Origin: an uncultured Alphaproteobacteria bacterium
GTDB lineage: Bacteria; Pseudomonadota; Alphaproteobacteria; CAAHEQ01; UBA3637
DNA: 64,000 nt
Direction of reading: 5' to 3'
NCBI GenBank assembly: GCA_949292205.1
Contig: CASEYR010000008.1
Coordinates: 14,382 to 78,381, forward strand
The position numbers and the translations under genes are program-made. The notes below the pieces were generated by a model. The model saw nothing but the letters and a program-made list of their open reading frames with translations. It did no database searches and had not been told where the DNA came from. How positions within the stretch are numbered: the stretch's first letter is position 1; each line of letters starts with the position of its first letter. Shown here piece by piece: positions 21,866 to 31,150 of the stretch.

Positions 21866-21990
21866 CTTCTTTCTCCTTGCTTAAACTGTCGAAATTTTCC
21901 AGATGCACGTCGGTAGATTTTTATTCACACCCTTTAGCACCATCGGTTTCCCAACGCACCTTTTTCGACAGCATCTTAAAAAACTGTCTT

Positions 21991-22019
21991 TTTATACCTT
22001 TTTTCAAACGAAAAGTCAA
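21991..22019 (-). promoter_or_regulatory. sigma70-like promoter of rpmH operon
   Basis: Minus strand TTGACT-N17-TATAAA, giving a 5' UTR of about 120 nt. Confidence 0.65.
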
Positions 22020-22094
22020 GACTTTTTTTATTTTTTTATATGCATGCACATAGATCAAAGACAGCAATTGTTTTTGCCGGTATTTTTGATACAC

Positions 22095-22122
22095 AAAAAA
22101 GGACACCCAAGAAAGTGTCCTT
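22095..22122 (-). terminator. Intrinsic terminator after hypothetical gene
   Basis: AAGGACAC-N8-GTGTCCTT stem with minus-strand T run. Confidence 0.65.
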
Positions 22123-22134
22123 CTGAAATAAATA

Positions 22135-22725
22135 CTACGCCGTGCGACTTCGCTCTATTTCCAACAACCGACGACGAGCCAACATCAAATCTTGTTGCTT
22201 CATTGCCTGTAATGAGCGAACAATTTCTTGTGCTGTTTTTTCCTTTACTTCCCGAGGCATCTGCGCAACGGCACGATCAATTTCGGCAGCATCCGCCTCA
22301 CGTCTTTGATCGGGGGTTTTTAATCCAAATAACAGCTCTTTTGCCGCCGCATCAATTTCCAAATCCAATGATTTTTTATTATTACCATCTAAATTCAAAG
22401 ACTTTTGTTGTTTTTCCATTTCCTGTTCACGGTTGGCTACAACACCTTTATCGGTTGCATAATCCATCAAAACCCAACATTTACGCAAATAATCAACCAA
22501 CTCTTTTAATTTACCATATTCTGCCGCTTTGGGATCCATTTTGTGTAGCATATCGGCCGCCACCTGATAGTTAATCAATGTTTCAGAGCGTATTTCCCTC
22601 ATATCCTTTAATTCAGCATCCGAAATCATTCCATCCGAATAAAAATGCTCTACAACCCGAACCAAGTCAAAATAACGGCTAGCCTCATAATCACGAGAAG
22701 AATCAATTAAGCTTGTATCTACCAT
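22135..22725 (-). CDS. Hypothetical helical protein
   Basis: 196-aa ORF with perfect SD AAGGAGGT and downstream terminator; no family recognised. Confidence 0.8.
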   Translation of the reverse strand: MVDTSLIDSSRDYEASRYFDLVRVVEHFYSDGMISDAELKDMREIRSETLINYQVAADMLHKMDPKAAEYGKLKELVDYLRKCWVLMDYATDKGVVANREQEMEKQQKSLNLDGNNKKSLDLEIDAAAKELLFGLKTPDQRREADAAEIDRAVAQMPREVKEKTAQEIVRSLQAMKQQDLMLARRRLLEIERSRTA

Positions 22726-22761
22726 AATAAACCTCCTTATCCGATTACTTATTTTAACCGA

Positions 22762-23286
22762 TTATTTTTTTAGTGTCAAGTTTTTTAAAACAGAGAACGG
22801 ATTTGTATTTTCCTCCTTTTCATCCGGTTCGTTGTCTATGTATTCAAAGGGTTCTGTCGTTTTTCTGGGAAACGGATTTAAATTAACCCCGAACTCTTCG
22901 GCAATCGCTTCACCTAAATTAATCTTACCGTGCACAACCGGCAAAACAATATCTTCATCAACATCCATTTCCGGAGATTCTTTCCCAGGCATATCCGAAA
23001 ATAGCAACCGAAAAGGTTCTGATGTTTTTTCAATAAAAGATTCTAACGAAACAGCACAAATACGCTCCTGTTCAGATTGTATAACCCCCTCAAAAACAAC
23101 AATATCATCCCAAAACAAACGGCCAGAAACAGTTAAAGATAAAATTTTCGGGACATCAAATCGTTTCGCCAATGCCTCACATTCAGCAGATGTTGCATTT
23201 AAAACTAAATCGTCACCCTTTTCTGTAACCGTTCGGACATCAACTAATTTATTTATCCCAAAATTTTCCATACATAATTTTTTCAT
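22762..23286 (-). CDS. DUF177/YceD family protein
   Basis: ALAKRF, C.VSLE, INLGEAIAEEF...LNPFPRK, NPFSVLK; divergent from bamE as in Alphaproteobacteria. Confidence 0.9.
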   Translation of the reverse strand: MKKLCMENFGINKLVDVRTVTEKGDDLVLNATSAECEALAKRFDVPKILSLTVSGRLFWDDIVVFEGVIQSEQERICAVSLESFIEKTSEPFRLLFSDMPGKESPEMDVDEDIVLPVVHGKINLGEAIAEEFGVNLNPFPRKTTEPFEYIDNEPDEKEENTNPFSVLKNLTLKK

Positions 23287-23344
23287 TGACGAAAAGACTC
23301 CTTTTGCTTATATTAACAAGCATAGTATAACAAAAAGGATAATT

Positions 23345-23803
23345 ATGTTCAAGATTTTGATGATGATTTGTATATTCGGAGGCTTTTTGACCGCTTGCGG
23401 ATTAGAGTATTATCCAAGCGGTGATTTACCGACTCAAGCACGTTTAAAAGCCATACAGGTCGGGGACACAAAAGAAAAAGTACTTCGTATTTTGGGAACA
23501 CCCGCATCAGATAATCCGCCACTACAAGATAAAACAAGCTTTTTGATTTATGCCCAAAATCTTAAAGAGAGTCAGGCTTTTTTTGAACCAAAAGAAATCA
23601 AGCGAGACGTATATGTGTACTATTTTGATGCAAATGATGTTTTAAAAGAACAAAAACATCTAACGCTTAGCGACAAAAGATCCATCGGTTTTGAGGAAGC
23701 AATTACACCTGTTGGGGGACGAGAATTATCTGTATTTGAACAAATCATCAATAACTTCGGCCGATATAATGCTGGCGGACAAGATAGCTCGGTAAAACGG
23801 TAA
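23345..23803 (+). CDS. bamE: Outer membrane assembly lipoprotein BamE/SmpA
   Basis: Lipobox LTAC, G.TKE.V..ILGTP motif; start at ATG 23345 (SD AAGGA); TTGACG-N17-TATATT upstream. Confidence 0.85.
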   Translation: MFKILMMICIFGGFLTACGLEYYPSGDLPTQARLKAIQVGDTKEKVLRILGTPASDNPPLQDKTSFLIYAQNLKESQAFFEPKEIKRDVYVYYFDANDVLKEQKHLTLSDKRSIGFEEAITPVGGRELSVFEQIINNFGRYNAGGQDSSVKR

Positions 23804-23809
23804 AAGCTT

Positions 23810-24601
23810 ATGAAACATACCCTTAAAATTATCTTCGGTATTTTAATTATCGTTCAAATAGCTCTTTCGGTTATGTTATACTTATCGATATCTGATACCC
23901 TACCCCGTCCTCAAAGACGATATAGAATTTTAGCTTGTATTAGTAGTTTTAAACGCCCGGTATTTGTTTCGGGACAAGTATTGCGAATGATGAATCAAAG
24001 CTATCCCGTAGATGTTAGTTTATCCATAAAAGGGGTTCCCGAGTTCTTTGTAAAAACAGCATTAAAATCCGAATGGCGTCCTTTTATAGACTCAGGACGA
24101 TTAAAACTTAGAATAGATCCAAACAGAGATCAATTATCTAATTTTCTGGATACGGTACGAGGAATTGATCTATCAAAATACGATTTTTTTTGCAAAATAG
24201 ATGATGATGATTGGTATGGACCGGATTATTTTGAACATGTGAATGAATGGTTAAATAAGACATCAAATATTGGCATTTCCTTAAGCACAAGAGCTTATGT
24301 TATTCGCGATGGGAAAAAAGAGGTACGTGTTTTTAAAAACAATTCCTTATTATCCGGCCCCAGTATGTGTTTTAGCAGAAAAACCATAGAAGCAGCTTTA
24401 GAGATTGAAAAAAATCCGGCAGCACAAAAAAAATATCTACCACGTGTATCTGTAGAACATTTTAAACAACGCCGAGAAGATAATTATATGAACCAATTAG
24501 GGAAAAGCATCGGAAAAGAACAACGAAGAATAACGCCCTTCACGGATCTGTCATTTGGTCAGCAGTACCCATCTGTTATGCGTGGAAACTATCTACCATA
24601 A
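23810..24601 (+). CDS. Membrane-anchored glycosyltransferase-like protein (GT-A fold)
   Basis: N-terminal TM helix, ISSFKRP, KIDDDDWYGPDY (DxD), late ED motif. Confidence 0.6.
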   Translation: MKHTLKIIFGILIIVQIALSVMLYLSISDTLPRPQRRYRILACISSFKRPVFVSGQVLRMMNQSYPVDVSLSIKGVPEFFVKTALKSEWRPFIDSGRLKLRIDPNRDQLSNFLDTVRGIDLSKYDFFCKIDDDDWYGPDYFEHVNEWLNKTSNIGISLSTRAYVIRDGKKEVRVFKNNSLLSGPSMCFSRKTIEAALEIEKNPAAQKKYLPRVSVEHFKQRREDNYMNQLGKSIGKEQRRITPFTDLSFGQQYPSVMRGNYLP

Positions 24602-24721
24602 TAGATCAAACTATCGTTTGATATAAAAAAACGATCTCAACTTCACAGCATATTCACAAACAAAGAAATCTCCAAAAAATGTCTTTCGGCTTTATCCTGA
24701 TTTATCTCATGCTAATTTGAT

Positions 24722-24756
24722 AAAAAAATAAAACCTTTCAAAAAGCGAAAGGTTTT
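24722..24756 (-). terminator. Terminator of tRNA-Asp
   Basis: AAAACCTTTC-N7-GAAAGGTTTT stem with T run on minus strand. Confidence 0.6.
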
Positions 24757-24759
24757 AAA

Positions 24760-24836
24760 TGGCGGGAGTGAAGGGGCTCGAACCCTCGACCTTCTGCGTG
24801 ACAGGCAGACGCTCTAACCAGCTGAGCTACACCCCC
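24760..24836 (-). tRNA. tRNA-Asp (GUC)
   Basis: GGGGGTG acceptor, TAGCTCAGCTGGTTAGAGC D arm, anticodon GTC, GGTTCGAG T loop, encoded CCA. Confidence 0.97.
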
Positions 24837-24950
24837 AAGGAATGTGAACATGTTTTTATCAGATTTTTTTTCAAATTGCAAGCCTTTTTTTTGTTTTTTT
24901 TATTTTTTTATATAAGTTATTATATTAAAATAAAAAAATAAAAATATTAT

Positions 24951-26042
24951 TCACGATCTCCCTTCATAGCGAGGCAACCTTTCACTGATAGTTAAAGCTC
25001 GTTTCGTCATAATCTTTTGACGCTTTTGATCTGCGTCAAAATCAAACAGCCGCAAATCCCGCTTTAGAATCCGATGTGTCGTTCCGGTTTTTGAAAGATC
25101 ATCAGCAACCATTGCCAATCCCTCCATTGCCAAGTTCTCATTTGTTTTAATCAAACGAATAGAGGCTTTCTTCGCATGCTTAGAGGCATATTTCCCCGGG
25201 CGATCATACAATGTGTCCAAAAACTCTTGTCGCACCTCTGAAATGCTTAAAATCTCCTTAACAAGTCCCCCTAAATAAATATTAGATAAGTGGCGATCCG
25301 GAATTTCTTGTCCCAAAAATTGTGCCAAAAAACGAGCCATCACCATATATGTCTTCAAAGCTGCAGCATCTCCCTGATGTGCTAATTGAGTTACCTCTTT
25401 CGGCGTTTGAGCTAACTGATTACGATCTGTGCGAATAGCCGTCAGATATTGATAAATACGGAGTGATGAAGGACCACTGATATAATCTTCCCAAATACCT
25501 TCCCGTTGTTCCCGCATATAACCCCAAACATTTTCATCCGTCTTTCCGCCACGCTTAGATGGGATTGCCTCATGATGCCCCGGCTCTGAAGCTTCCACAC
25601 AACCATCATTGGCATACGATCCTCCAAATCCGGTCCCGACAACAATAACACAAGAAGATGGATTCTTCTGACTGGCAGTCGTATTCGGATTTAACTCCTC
25701 CCACTCTTCCGGAGTTAAATCAAGAACTTTTACTGCATGAAAAACAACATCATTTGCCAACAATCCTTTTTGAAATCCAAATTGACGACAAATCTCACGA
25801 ATATCTAACTGTAGCGCTGAATTGGTTAACTCAATACGCCCATCCTCATTAATTTCACCTGCAGCACCTGCAACAAAATAGTCAGGTTTTTCATTAACTT
25901 CCGACAAATATGTTTGAATAGCATCTTCGGTTGAGCGAAACTGATTACAAACATATTTATGAACTTTACTTACCTTCTTATCCTCGGCTATCCCAAAACG
26001 GATATTTGTCCCCCCGACATCTGCAATTAATACTTTACTCAT
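24951..26042 (-). CDS. Glucokinase-like sugar kinase, divergent, with C-terminal extension
   Basis: LIADVGGTNIRFG, LTN, LANDV, VGTGFG, SEPGH, EDYISG, YLGG; start moved to ATG 26042. Confidence 0.8.
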   Translation of the reverse strand: MSKVLIADVGGTNIRFGIAEDKKVSKVHKYVCNQFRSTEDAIQTYLSEVNEKPDYFVAGAAGEINEDGRIELTNSALQLDIREICRQFGFQKGLLANDVVFHAVKVLDLTPEEWEELNPNTTASQKNPSSCVIVVGTGFGGSYANDGCVEASEPGHHEAIPSKRGGKTDENVWGYMREQREGIWEDYISGPSSLRIYQYLTAIRTDRNQLAQTPKEVTQLAHQGDAAALKTYMVMARFLAQFLGQEIPDRHLSNIYLGGLVKEILSISEVRQEFLDTLYDRPGKYASKHAKKASIRLIKTNENLAMEGLAMVADDLSKTGTTHRILKRDLRLFDFDADQKRQKIMTKRALTISERLPRYEGRS

Positions 26043-26151
26043 ACTAAAAACTCCTTGGCAGTAACGATGGGAACAGTATATCACATATCCATCTATCTGA
26101 CAAGAAAAACATTAACAGAAACACATCAGACAACACATGAACAATTTAGAA

Positions 26152-26880
26152 TCACCGAACTCTTCGGGTAAAAATTTCCTGAGCTGTTTCCAACTCTTCC
26201 GGCGTATTGACTCCGTGCAATTCGTCTACATCTCCAATAACAACATCGCATTTTAAATTTTGTGTACGAGCCACAGATACAATATCCGTCAAATAATACT
26301 CTCCAGCTGCATTATCATTCTGAATTTGGCGTAATAGCTCTAACACATATTTACCATTTACACACATAACACCGGAATTACATAACCGAATCGCGCGTTG
26401 AGCATCCGTTGCATCTTTATATTCGACAATACCTTCTAACCCATTAGTCCCCATAATTAAACGTCCGTAACGACGTGCATCGGTCGGAATAAATCCCAGA
26501 ACAACAACATCCGCCCCTGATTCATATTCATGAATCATTTTTTTAATTGTTTCCGGTGATATCAAAGGACTATCTCCGAACAAAATTACGACACACCCAT
26601 CAAAGGGACTCAAATAATCGCTTGCCGCCAACACGGCATGAGCCGTTCCCAATCGTTCGGATTGAACAACTGTTTGAATCGGTTCAACAGCCTTTGCCAC
26701 AGCCTCCATATTAGGACCTATAACGACCGTCATATCACGATCACGAATATCTGCCTGTCTAACGCTATTTAGCAAAATACGAATCATAGGTGTTCCACAA
26801 ATGGGATGAAGCACTTTCGGTAAATCCGAACGCATCCGAGTTCCTTGTCCTGCTCCCAATATGATTGCCTTAACTTCCAT
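26152..26880 (-). CDS. glmU: GlmU N-terminal domain only (GlcNAc-1-P uridyltransferase), lacking acetyltransferase domain
   Basis: AG.GTRMRSDLPKVLHP, Q.ERLGTAHAV, YGRL, IVEYKDAT, NSG, N.AGEYYLTD, GVN; ends at 242 aa with no hexapeptide repeats. Confidence 0.88.
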   Translation of the reverse strand: MEVKAIILGAGQGTRMRSDLPKVLHPICGTPMIRILLNSVRQADIRDRDMTVVIGPNMEAVAKAVEPIQTVVQSERLGTAHAVLAASDYLSPFDGCVVILFGDSPLISPETIKKMIHEYESGADVVVLGFIPTDARRYGRLIMGTNGLEGIVEYKDATDAQRAIRLCNSGVMCVNGKYVLELLRQIQNDNAAGEYYLTDIVSVARTQNLKCDVVIGDVDELHGVNTPEELETAQEIFTRRVR

Positions 26881-26895
26881 TTATTTTCCTTTCCG

Positions 26896-29154
26896 TTAAA
26901 TTAAAATACCATGATCCCGCGCGTACATTTTCAACTTCTCACGCAAAGATCCCGACGTTATTTCCAGTTGTTTTTCCAGATACGCCGATAAATGCTTTTG
27001 ATCCATTGTCCGAATTGCCGCCTTTACCGGCCCTAATGATGAAGGAGTCATTGATAGCGAACGAAATCCCAATCCGACCAAAGCAACAGCCTCTAAACTG
27101 CGACTTGCCATCTCACCACACACTGAACAGGGAACGTGTGCCTGTTGACAGATATCACAAATATATTTCAATGCCTTTAATAAGGATGGAGACAGCGAAT
27201 CATAGCGATTCCAAATCATGGGATTTCCACGATCACATGCATATAAAAATTGAGCCAAATCATTCGTTCCGATAGAGATAAAATCAACTTCTCTAACCAA
27301 TTGTTCCATCTGAAAAATCAAGGATGGAACTTCTATCATTGTTCCCACGCGAATTATGCGCGGCAAAGTCCCACCGCGACGTTTTTCCCGTTCAACCTCC
27401 ATCATTAAGGTCTTACGTGCCTCAATAAACTCACGAACAGAGGCAATCATAGGAAACATTACATACAAATCTAACCCGGCTGCAGCCCGAATAAAAGCAC
27501 GCAACTGACTCCGTAGCAGAGCCCGTCTATCCAAAGTCATTCGAATAGAGCGCCACCCCATCGCCGGATTTTCCTCGGTATGACGTTGAAAGTAAGGCAA
27601 AACTTTATCCGATCCGATATCCAGCGATCGAAAAACAACCGGCTTATTTTGAGCCTGCATCAATGCTCGCCGATATATATCTTCTTGCGTTTTTACGTCC
27701 GGTAATTCTTCTGCAATCATAAATGGCAGTTCTGTTCTATATAAACCGACACCATCAAAAAAAACACCGTCGCCGACCATTAAGTCATTTGAGAGTCCAG
27801 CATTAATATTTAAAGACACGGTTGTTCCATCTCGTGTCGTTGCCGGCAAATCCTTCATTTGAGCATAACGTGCACGTAATTTTTTCTGATTTTGAGCTCG
27901 CTCACTTAAAACATCAAGCGTTTCATCCGATGGATTTAAATAGACATTACCGGCCGTTGCATCCAAAGCAACCGAATCGCCGTTTGAAATAATCTGAGCC
28001 ACGTTTTTGATACCGCAAACCAAAGGTATATTCAAAGAACGTGCCACAATAACCATATGCATGGTTTGGGAACCTTCCTCCAAAACAATTCCTTTAATTT
28101 TACTTTTATCATAATCTAACAACTCAGCCGGTCCTAAATTTTTAGCAATTAAAATCGTATTTCTGGGTATTTTTCTATTTTGAATAGATTTCGCCCGCCC
28201 CAAATGCCTCCTTAATCGTCCGACCAAGTCACGAAAATCATGAATCCTCTCTTTGATATAAGGATCTGTCATTAGCTCCATCCTATCGGTAATTTCATCG
28301 CCCACTTTTTGAACTGCCGCATCTGCCGTTAAACCGGTTTCAATGGCTTTTATCATCTTGGCAATCCAACCTTTATCTTTGATAAACATCAAATATGTTT
28401 CAAAAATAGCCGATTGATCACCACTCATATGCGATGTTGCCAAAATCTTATTGACTTCACACTCAACTCGCTCTAACGCTTGCATTAATTTTTGAATTTC
28501 TTTTTGAGCATCTCCCGATAAAACCTGAACAACCTGCTCGGCTCTCTTATGAACCAAAGCTTGTCCGATAGCAAAACCATCAATTAAACCAGTACCTTCT
28601 ATTTTTTGTCGTCCACCAACCGACAACGTATCTGAATCAGATTTCTTAAATTGCTGACTCGCCAGCATTTCAGCCAAAACCATACCTATAGTTTCCAGCA
28701 ATTCAATCATTTCAGATGAGAAAGTTTGTATTTTTCGTGTTTGAATAGCCAACACACCCAAAATGCGATTAGCACGAATAAGTGGAACACCAACCAATGA
28801 TTTAAATTGTTTTTCTTTCGTCTCTGGCTTATACACAAAGCTGGTGTGGGACCAAACATCTTCAACGGCTAATGGTTTACGCTGTAATGCAATCTCGCCG
28901 ACAAGACCTTCCCCAATTCTCAAAAAAGTTTCATGAACGGCTTTCTTATCTAATCCGTATGTTGCACATAGTTCCAGTATTCCGCCGGGACGAGAAATAT
29001 AACAAGAACAAACATCAACATTTAATCGTTGAGCAACCTGTTCTACTATTTTATCTAATCGTTCCTGTGGAGGCATATCTCGAGCAGTTAATGCCCGCAA
29101 AGACTTCATAATTTGCCGAACAGAAATCATATCATGCAAACGGTTGCGATCCAT
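26896..29154 (-). CDS. ptsP: GAF-containing PEP-protein phosphotransferase EI(Ntr)
   Basis: N-terminal GAF (GEGLVG.IA), GSQTMH phospho-His, GLYRTELPF, EENPAMGWR, SIGTNDL, VCGEMA. Confidence 0.97.
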   Translation of the reverse strand: MDRNRLHDMISVRQIMKSLRALTARDMPPQERLDKIVEQVAQRLNVDVCSCYISRPGGILELCATYGLDKKAVHETFLRIGEGLVGEIALQRKPLAVEDVWSHTSFVYKPETKEKQFKSLVGVPLIRANRILGVLAIQTRKIQTFSSEMIELLETIGMVLAEMLASQQFKKSDSDTLSVGGRQKIEGTGLIDGFAIGQALVHKRAEQVVQVLSGDAQKEIQKLMQALERVECEVNKILATSHMSGDQSAIFETYLMFIKDKGWIAKMIKAIETGLTADAAVQKVGDEITDRMELMTDPYIKERIHDFRDLVGRLRRHLGRAKSIQNRKIPRNTILIAKNLGPAELLDYDKSKIKGIVLEEGSQTMHMVIVARSLNIPLVCGIKNVAQIISNGDSVALDATAGNVYLNPSDETLDVLSERAQNQKKLRARYAQMKDLPATTRDGTTVSLNINAGLSNDLMVGDGVFFDGVGLYRTELPFMIAEELPDVKTQEDIYRRALMQAQNKPVVFRSLDIGSDKVLPYFQRHTEENPAMGWRSIRMTLDRRALLRSQLRAFIRAAAGLDLYVMFPMIASVREFIEARKTLMMEVEREKRRGGTLPRIIRVGTMIEVPSLIFQMEQLVREVDFISIGTNDLAQFLYACDRGNPMIWNRYDSLSPSLLKALKYICDICQQAHVPCSVCGEMASRSLEAVALVGLGFRSLSMTPSSLGPVKAAIRTMDQKHLSAYLEKQLEITSGSLREKLKMYARDHGILI

Positions 29155-29489
29155 GCTTAATTCTCACTCCTTCTTTTGCTATCATAAGCAGGATTTTTTC
29201 TTCTCGTCAAGTCTTTTCACATATCTTAAAGTAAGTTTTTGATTCAAATGATATTCAAAAAAATTTTAATCTTGATTAAGAGGCAACATTGGTCTACCTA
29301 CAACAACACTACTATCGTGAGTATGGCAGGTAAAGCCTAAAAAATGATGCTATTTTGACGGTCTGTATATGATCAGCAGATAGCCTATTTAATATTACTT
29401 AACTCAGTACACCCATAGAAACAACACAAAAAAAATATAAAATAAAATCAATGTGTAATAAAATAAATTCAAAAAAATAAAAAAAAGAC

Positions 29490-29518
29490 TTGCAAAAAAG
29501 CATAAAAAAAGATATAAG
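29490..29518 (+). promoter_or_regulatory. sigma70-like promoter of tRNA-Glu with A-rich UP element
   Basis: TTGCAA-N17-TATAAG preceded by A tracts. Confidence 0.6.
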
Positions 29519-29533
29519 AATACTCACCTTTTT

Positions 29534-29609
29534 GACCCTATCGTCTAGAGGCCTAGGACATCGCCCTTTCACGGCGGTAACGCGAGTTCGAATCTCGCTA
29601 GGGTCGCCA
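29534..29609 (+). tRNA. tRNA-Glu (UUC)
   Basis: GACCCTA acceptor, anticodon loop CTTTCAC, GTTCGAAT T loop, encoded CCA. Confidence 0.97.
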
Positions 29610-29612
29610 ATC

Positions 29613-29642
29613 AAGCAGTGCTAAAAACGCACTGCTTTTTTT
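29613..29642 (+). terminator. Intrinsic terminator of tRNA-Glu
   Basis: AAGCAGTGC-N7-GCACTGCTT followed by T run. Confidence 0.8.
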
Positions 29643-29749
29643 GTATAAAAAAATATAATCTATACCTCTAAAGAATTTCACTTGCCAAATACCAAAAATT
29701 GAGTATAAAGAGTTCATACATTATACTCTATTCCGGCGAGGTTAATTAA

Positions 29750-30652
29750 ATGGCTAACTCACACAAAAAACACTTGCATTTACATACGCATCATCATGAA
29801 GTCAGCAATAAGACTGTCTTTTACTTATTTTTGTCATTTTTGATTAACATAATTTTATCTCTTGTTGAAATCATTGGTGGTTTTATCGCCGGTAGTGTCT
29901 CATTGATAGGAGATGCTTTACACAATACATCAGATGCTTTGTCAATCCTAATTGCCGTTATCGCTTTTAAAATCGGTCGAAAAAAAGCTGATACACAGTA
30001 TACTTATGGCTTTAAGCGAGCCGAAACCATCGGTGGATTTATCAATTTAATTTTGTTATTCATATCCGGATGCTATCTGGTTGTTGAGGGAATAACACGA
30101 ATTATTTCCCCCTCTGCTATCAACGGATCAATTATTATCTGGGTTTCTGTTCTTGCTCTGCTTATTGATGTCGCAACGGCAAAACTATCACATCAAGATG
30201 CTGACAAAAATACAAATATGCGTATGGTCTTTTTACACAATTTAGCAGATGCCTTAGGGTCTGTCGGCGTCATTATATCAGGTCTGTTCGTGGTTTTTGG
30301 AGATATCTATTGGATTGATGGCGTTATCGCTCTTTGCATTGCCACCTATATGATTTATCAGTCCGTTTGTTCATTTCCTCATATCGTTAAAATCTTGATG
30401 AATGCCGCTCCGGAACATATTAATCCGACAGAAATAAAAGAAGCTCTCTGCCAAATCTCGGGAGTAAAAGATATTCATCATCTGCATATCTGGTACATCA
30501 ATGAAACGGATATTTCTTTAGAATGTCATTTAGTTGCTGACAACCCAAAGCTCATACAAGAAATCACACATTTTTTAAAAGATGAGTTTCAAATTACTCA
30601 CACCAACATTCAAATCGAGCAAAGTGCCGATTGTGAAGTGTGTTGTTTATAA
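29750..30652 (+). CDS. Cation diffusion facilitator (CzcD/ZitB-like Zn/Co/Cd exporter)
   Basis: His-rich N-terminus, DALHNTSD, TYGFKRAE, FLHNLADALGS, DIHHLHIW. Confidence 0.93.
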   Translation: MANSHKKHLHLHTHHHEVSNKTVFYLFLSFLINIILSLVEIIGGFIAGSVSLIGDALHNTSDALSILIAVIAFKIGRKKADTQYTYGFKRAETIGGFINLILLFISGCYLVVEGITRIISPSAINGSIIIWVSVLALLIDVATAKLSHQDADKNTNMRMVFLHNLADALGSVGVIISGLFVVFGDIYWIDGVIALCIATYMIYQSVCSFPHIVKILMNAAPEHINPTEIKEALCQISGVKDIHHLHIWYINETDISLECHLVADNPKLIQEITHFLKDEFQITHTNIQIEQSADCEVCCL

Positions 30653-30673
30653 GTTATTTCAATAAAAAGTTAT

Positions 30674-31150
30674 TTATTCAATTAAATCAGCCAGTTCAAC
30701 AGGAATGACCTGTTTTAATGCCGCCAAGGAAAGCTCGACCTGATACCCGATTTTACCACCACTAAAAATGATTGTATCAAAATCTACCGCCGTCTGATGA
30801 ATAACCGTCGGAAAGAGTTTCTTCATTCCGATAGGAGAACATCCTCCGTGAACATATCCGGTCAGATGAAGCAACTCTTTCATCGGTAACATCTCTATTG
30901 CTTTCTCACCAACAGATCTGGCTGCTTTTTTTAAATCCAAAACGGTGGCAACAGGTATCATAAACACATAATATCGTTTAGATTTTGAAACAGTAACCAA
31001 GGTTTTAAACACACGGTTAATATCTTGATTCAAAGCACAAGCAACTTCCACACCGTTTATCACTCCTGCTCCGACATAGCTATGAGCCGTATAAGGAATA
31101 TGCTCTTGCTCTAAAATTCGCATCACATTTGTTTTAATTTCTTTAGTCAT
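30674..31150 (-). CDS. ybaK: Cys-tRNA(Pro) deacylase YbaK/EbsC
   Basis: KTNVMR.L, VFKTLVT, LDLKKAA, TGYVHGGCSPIGMKK, SGGKIG.Q; start moved to ATG 31150. Confidence 0.95.
   Translation of the reverse strand: MTKEIKTNVMRILEQEHIPYTAHSYVGAGVINGVEVACALNQDINRVFKTLVTVSKSKRYYVFMIPVATVLDLKKAARSVGEKAIEMLPMKELLHLTGYVHGGCSPIGMKKLFPTVIHQTAVDFDTIIFSGGKIGYQVELSLAALKQVIPVELADLIE

Noticed and set aside
21844-22574. ORFs 21844-22053, 21903-22574 and 21921-22106
   Set aside because: Overlap the rpmH leader, promoter, terminator and the opposite-strand 22135 gene; low-complexity translations
22832-23344. Long N-terminal extension of the bamE ORF (323 aa in track)
   Set aside because: Antisense to the DUF177 gene; SD, promoter and lipobox support ATG 23345
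24759-24941. 60-aa ORF MAGVKGLEPSTF..., and the similar 29399-29614 ORF
   Set aside because: Antisense translations of tRNA-Asp and tRNA-Glu
26152-26880. Alternative call as MurU-type MurNAc-1-P uridylyltransferase
   Set aside because: Motifs (PKVLHP, LGTAHAV, IVEYKDA, EYYLTD) are GlmU-specific and no amgK is adjacent
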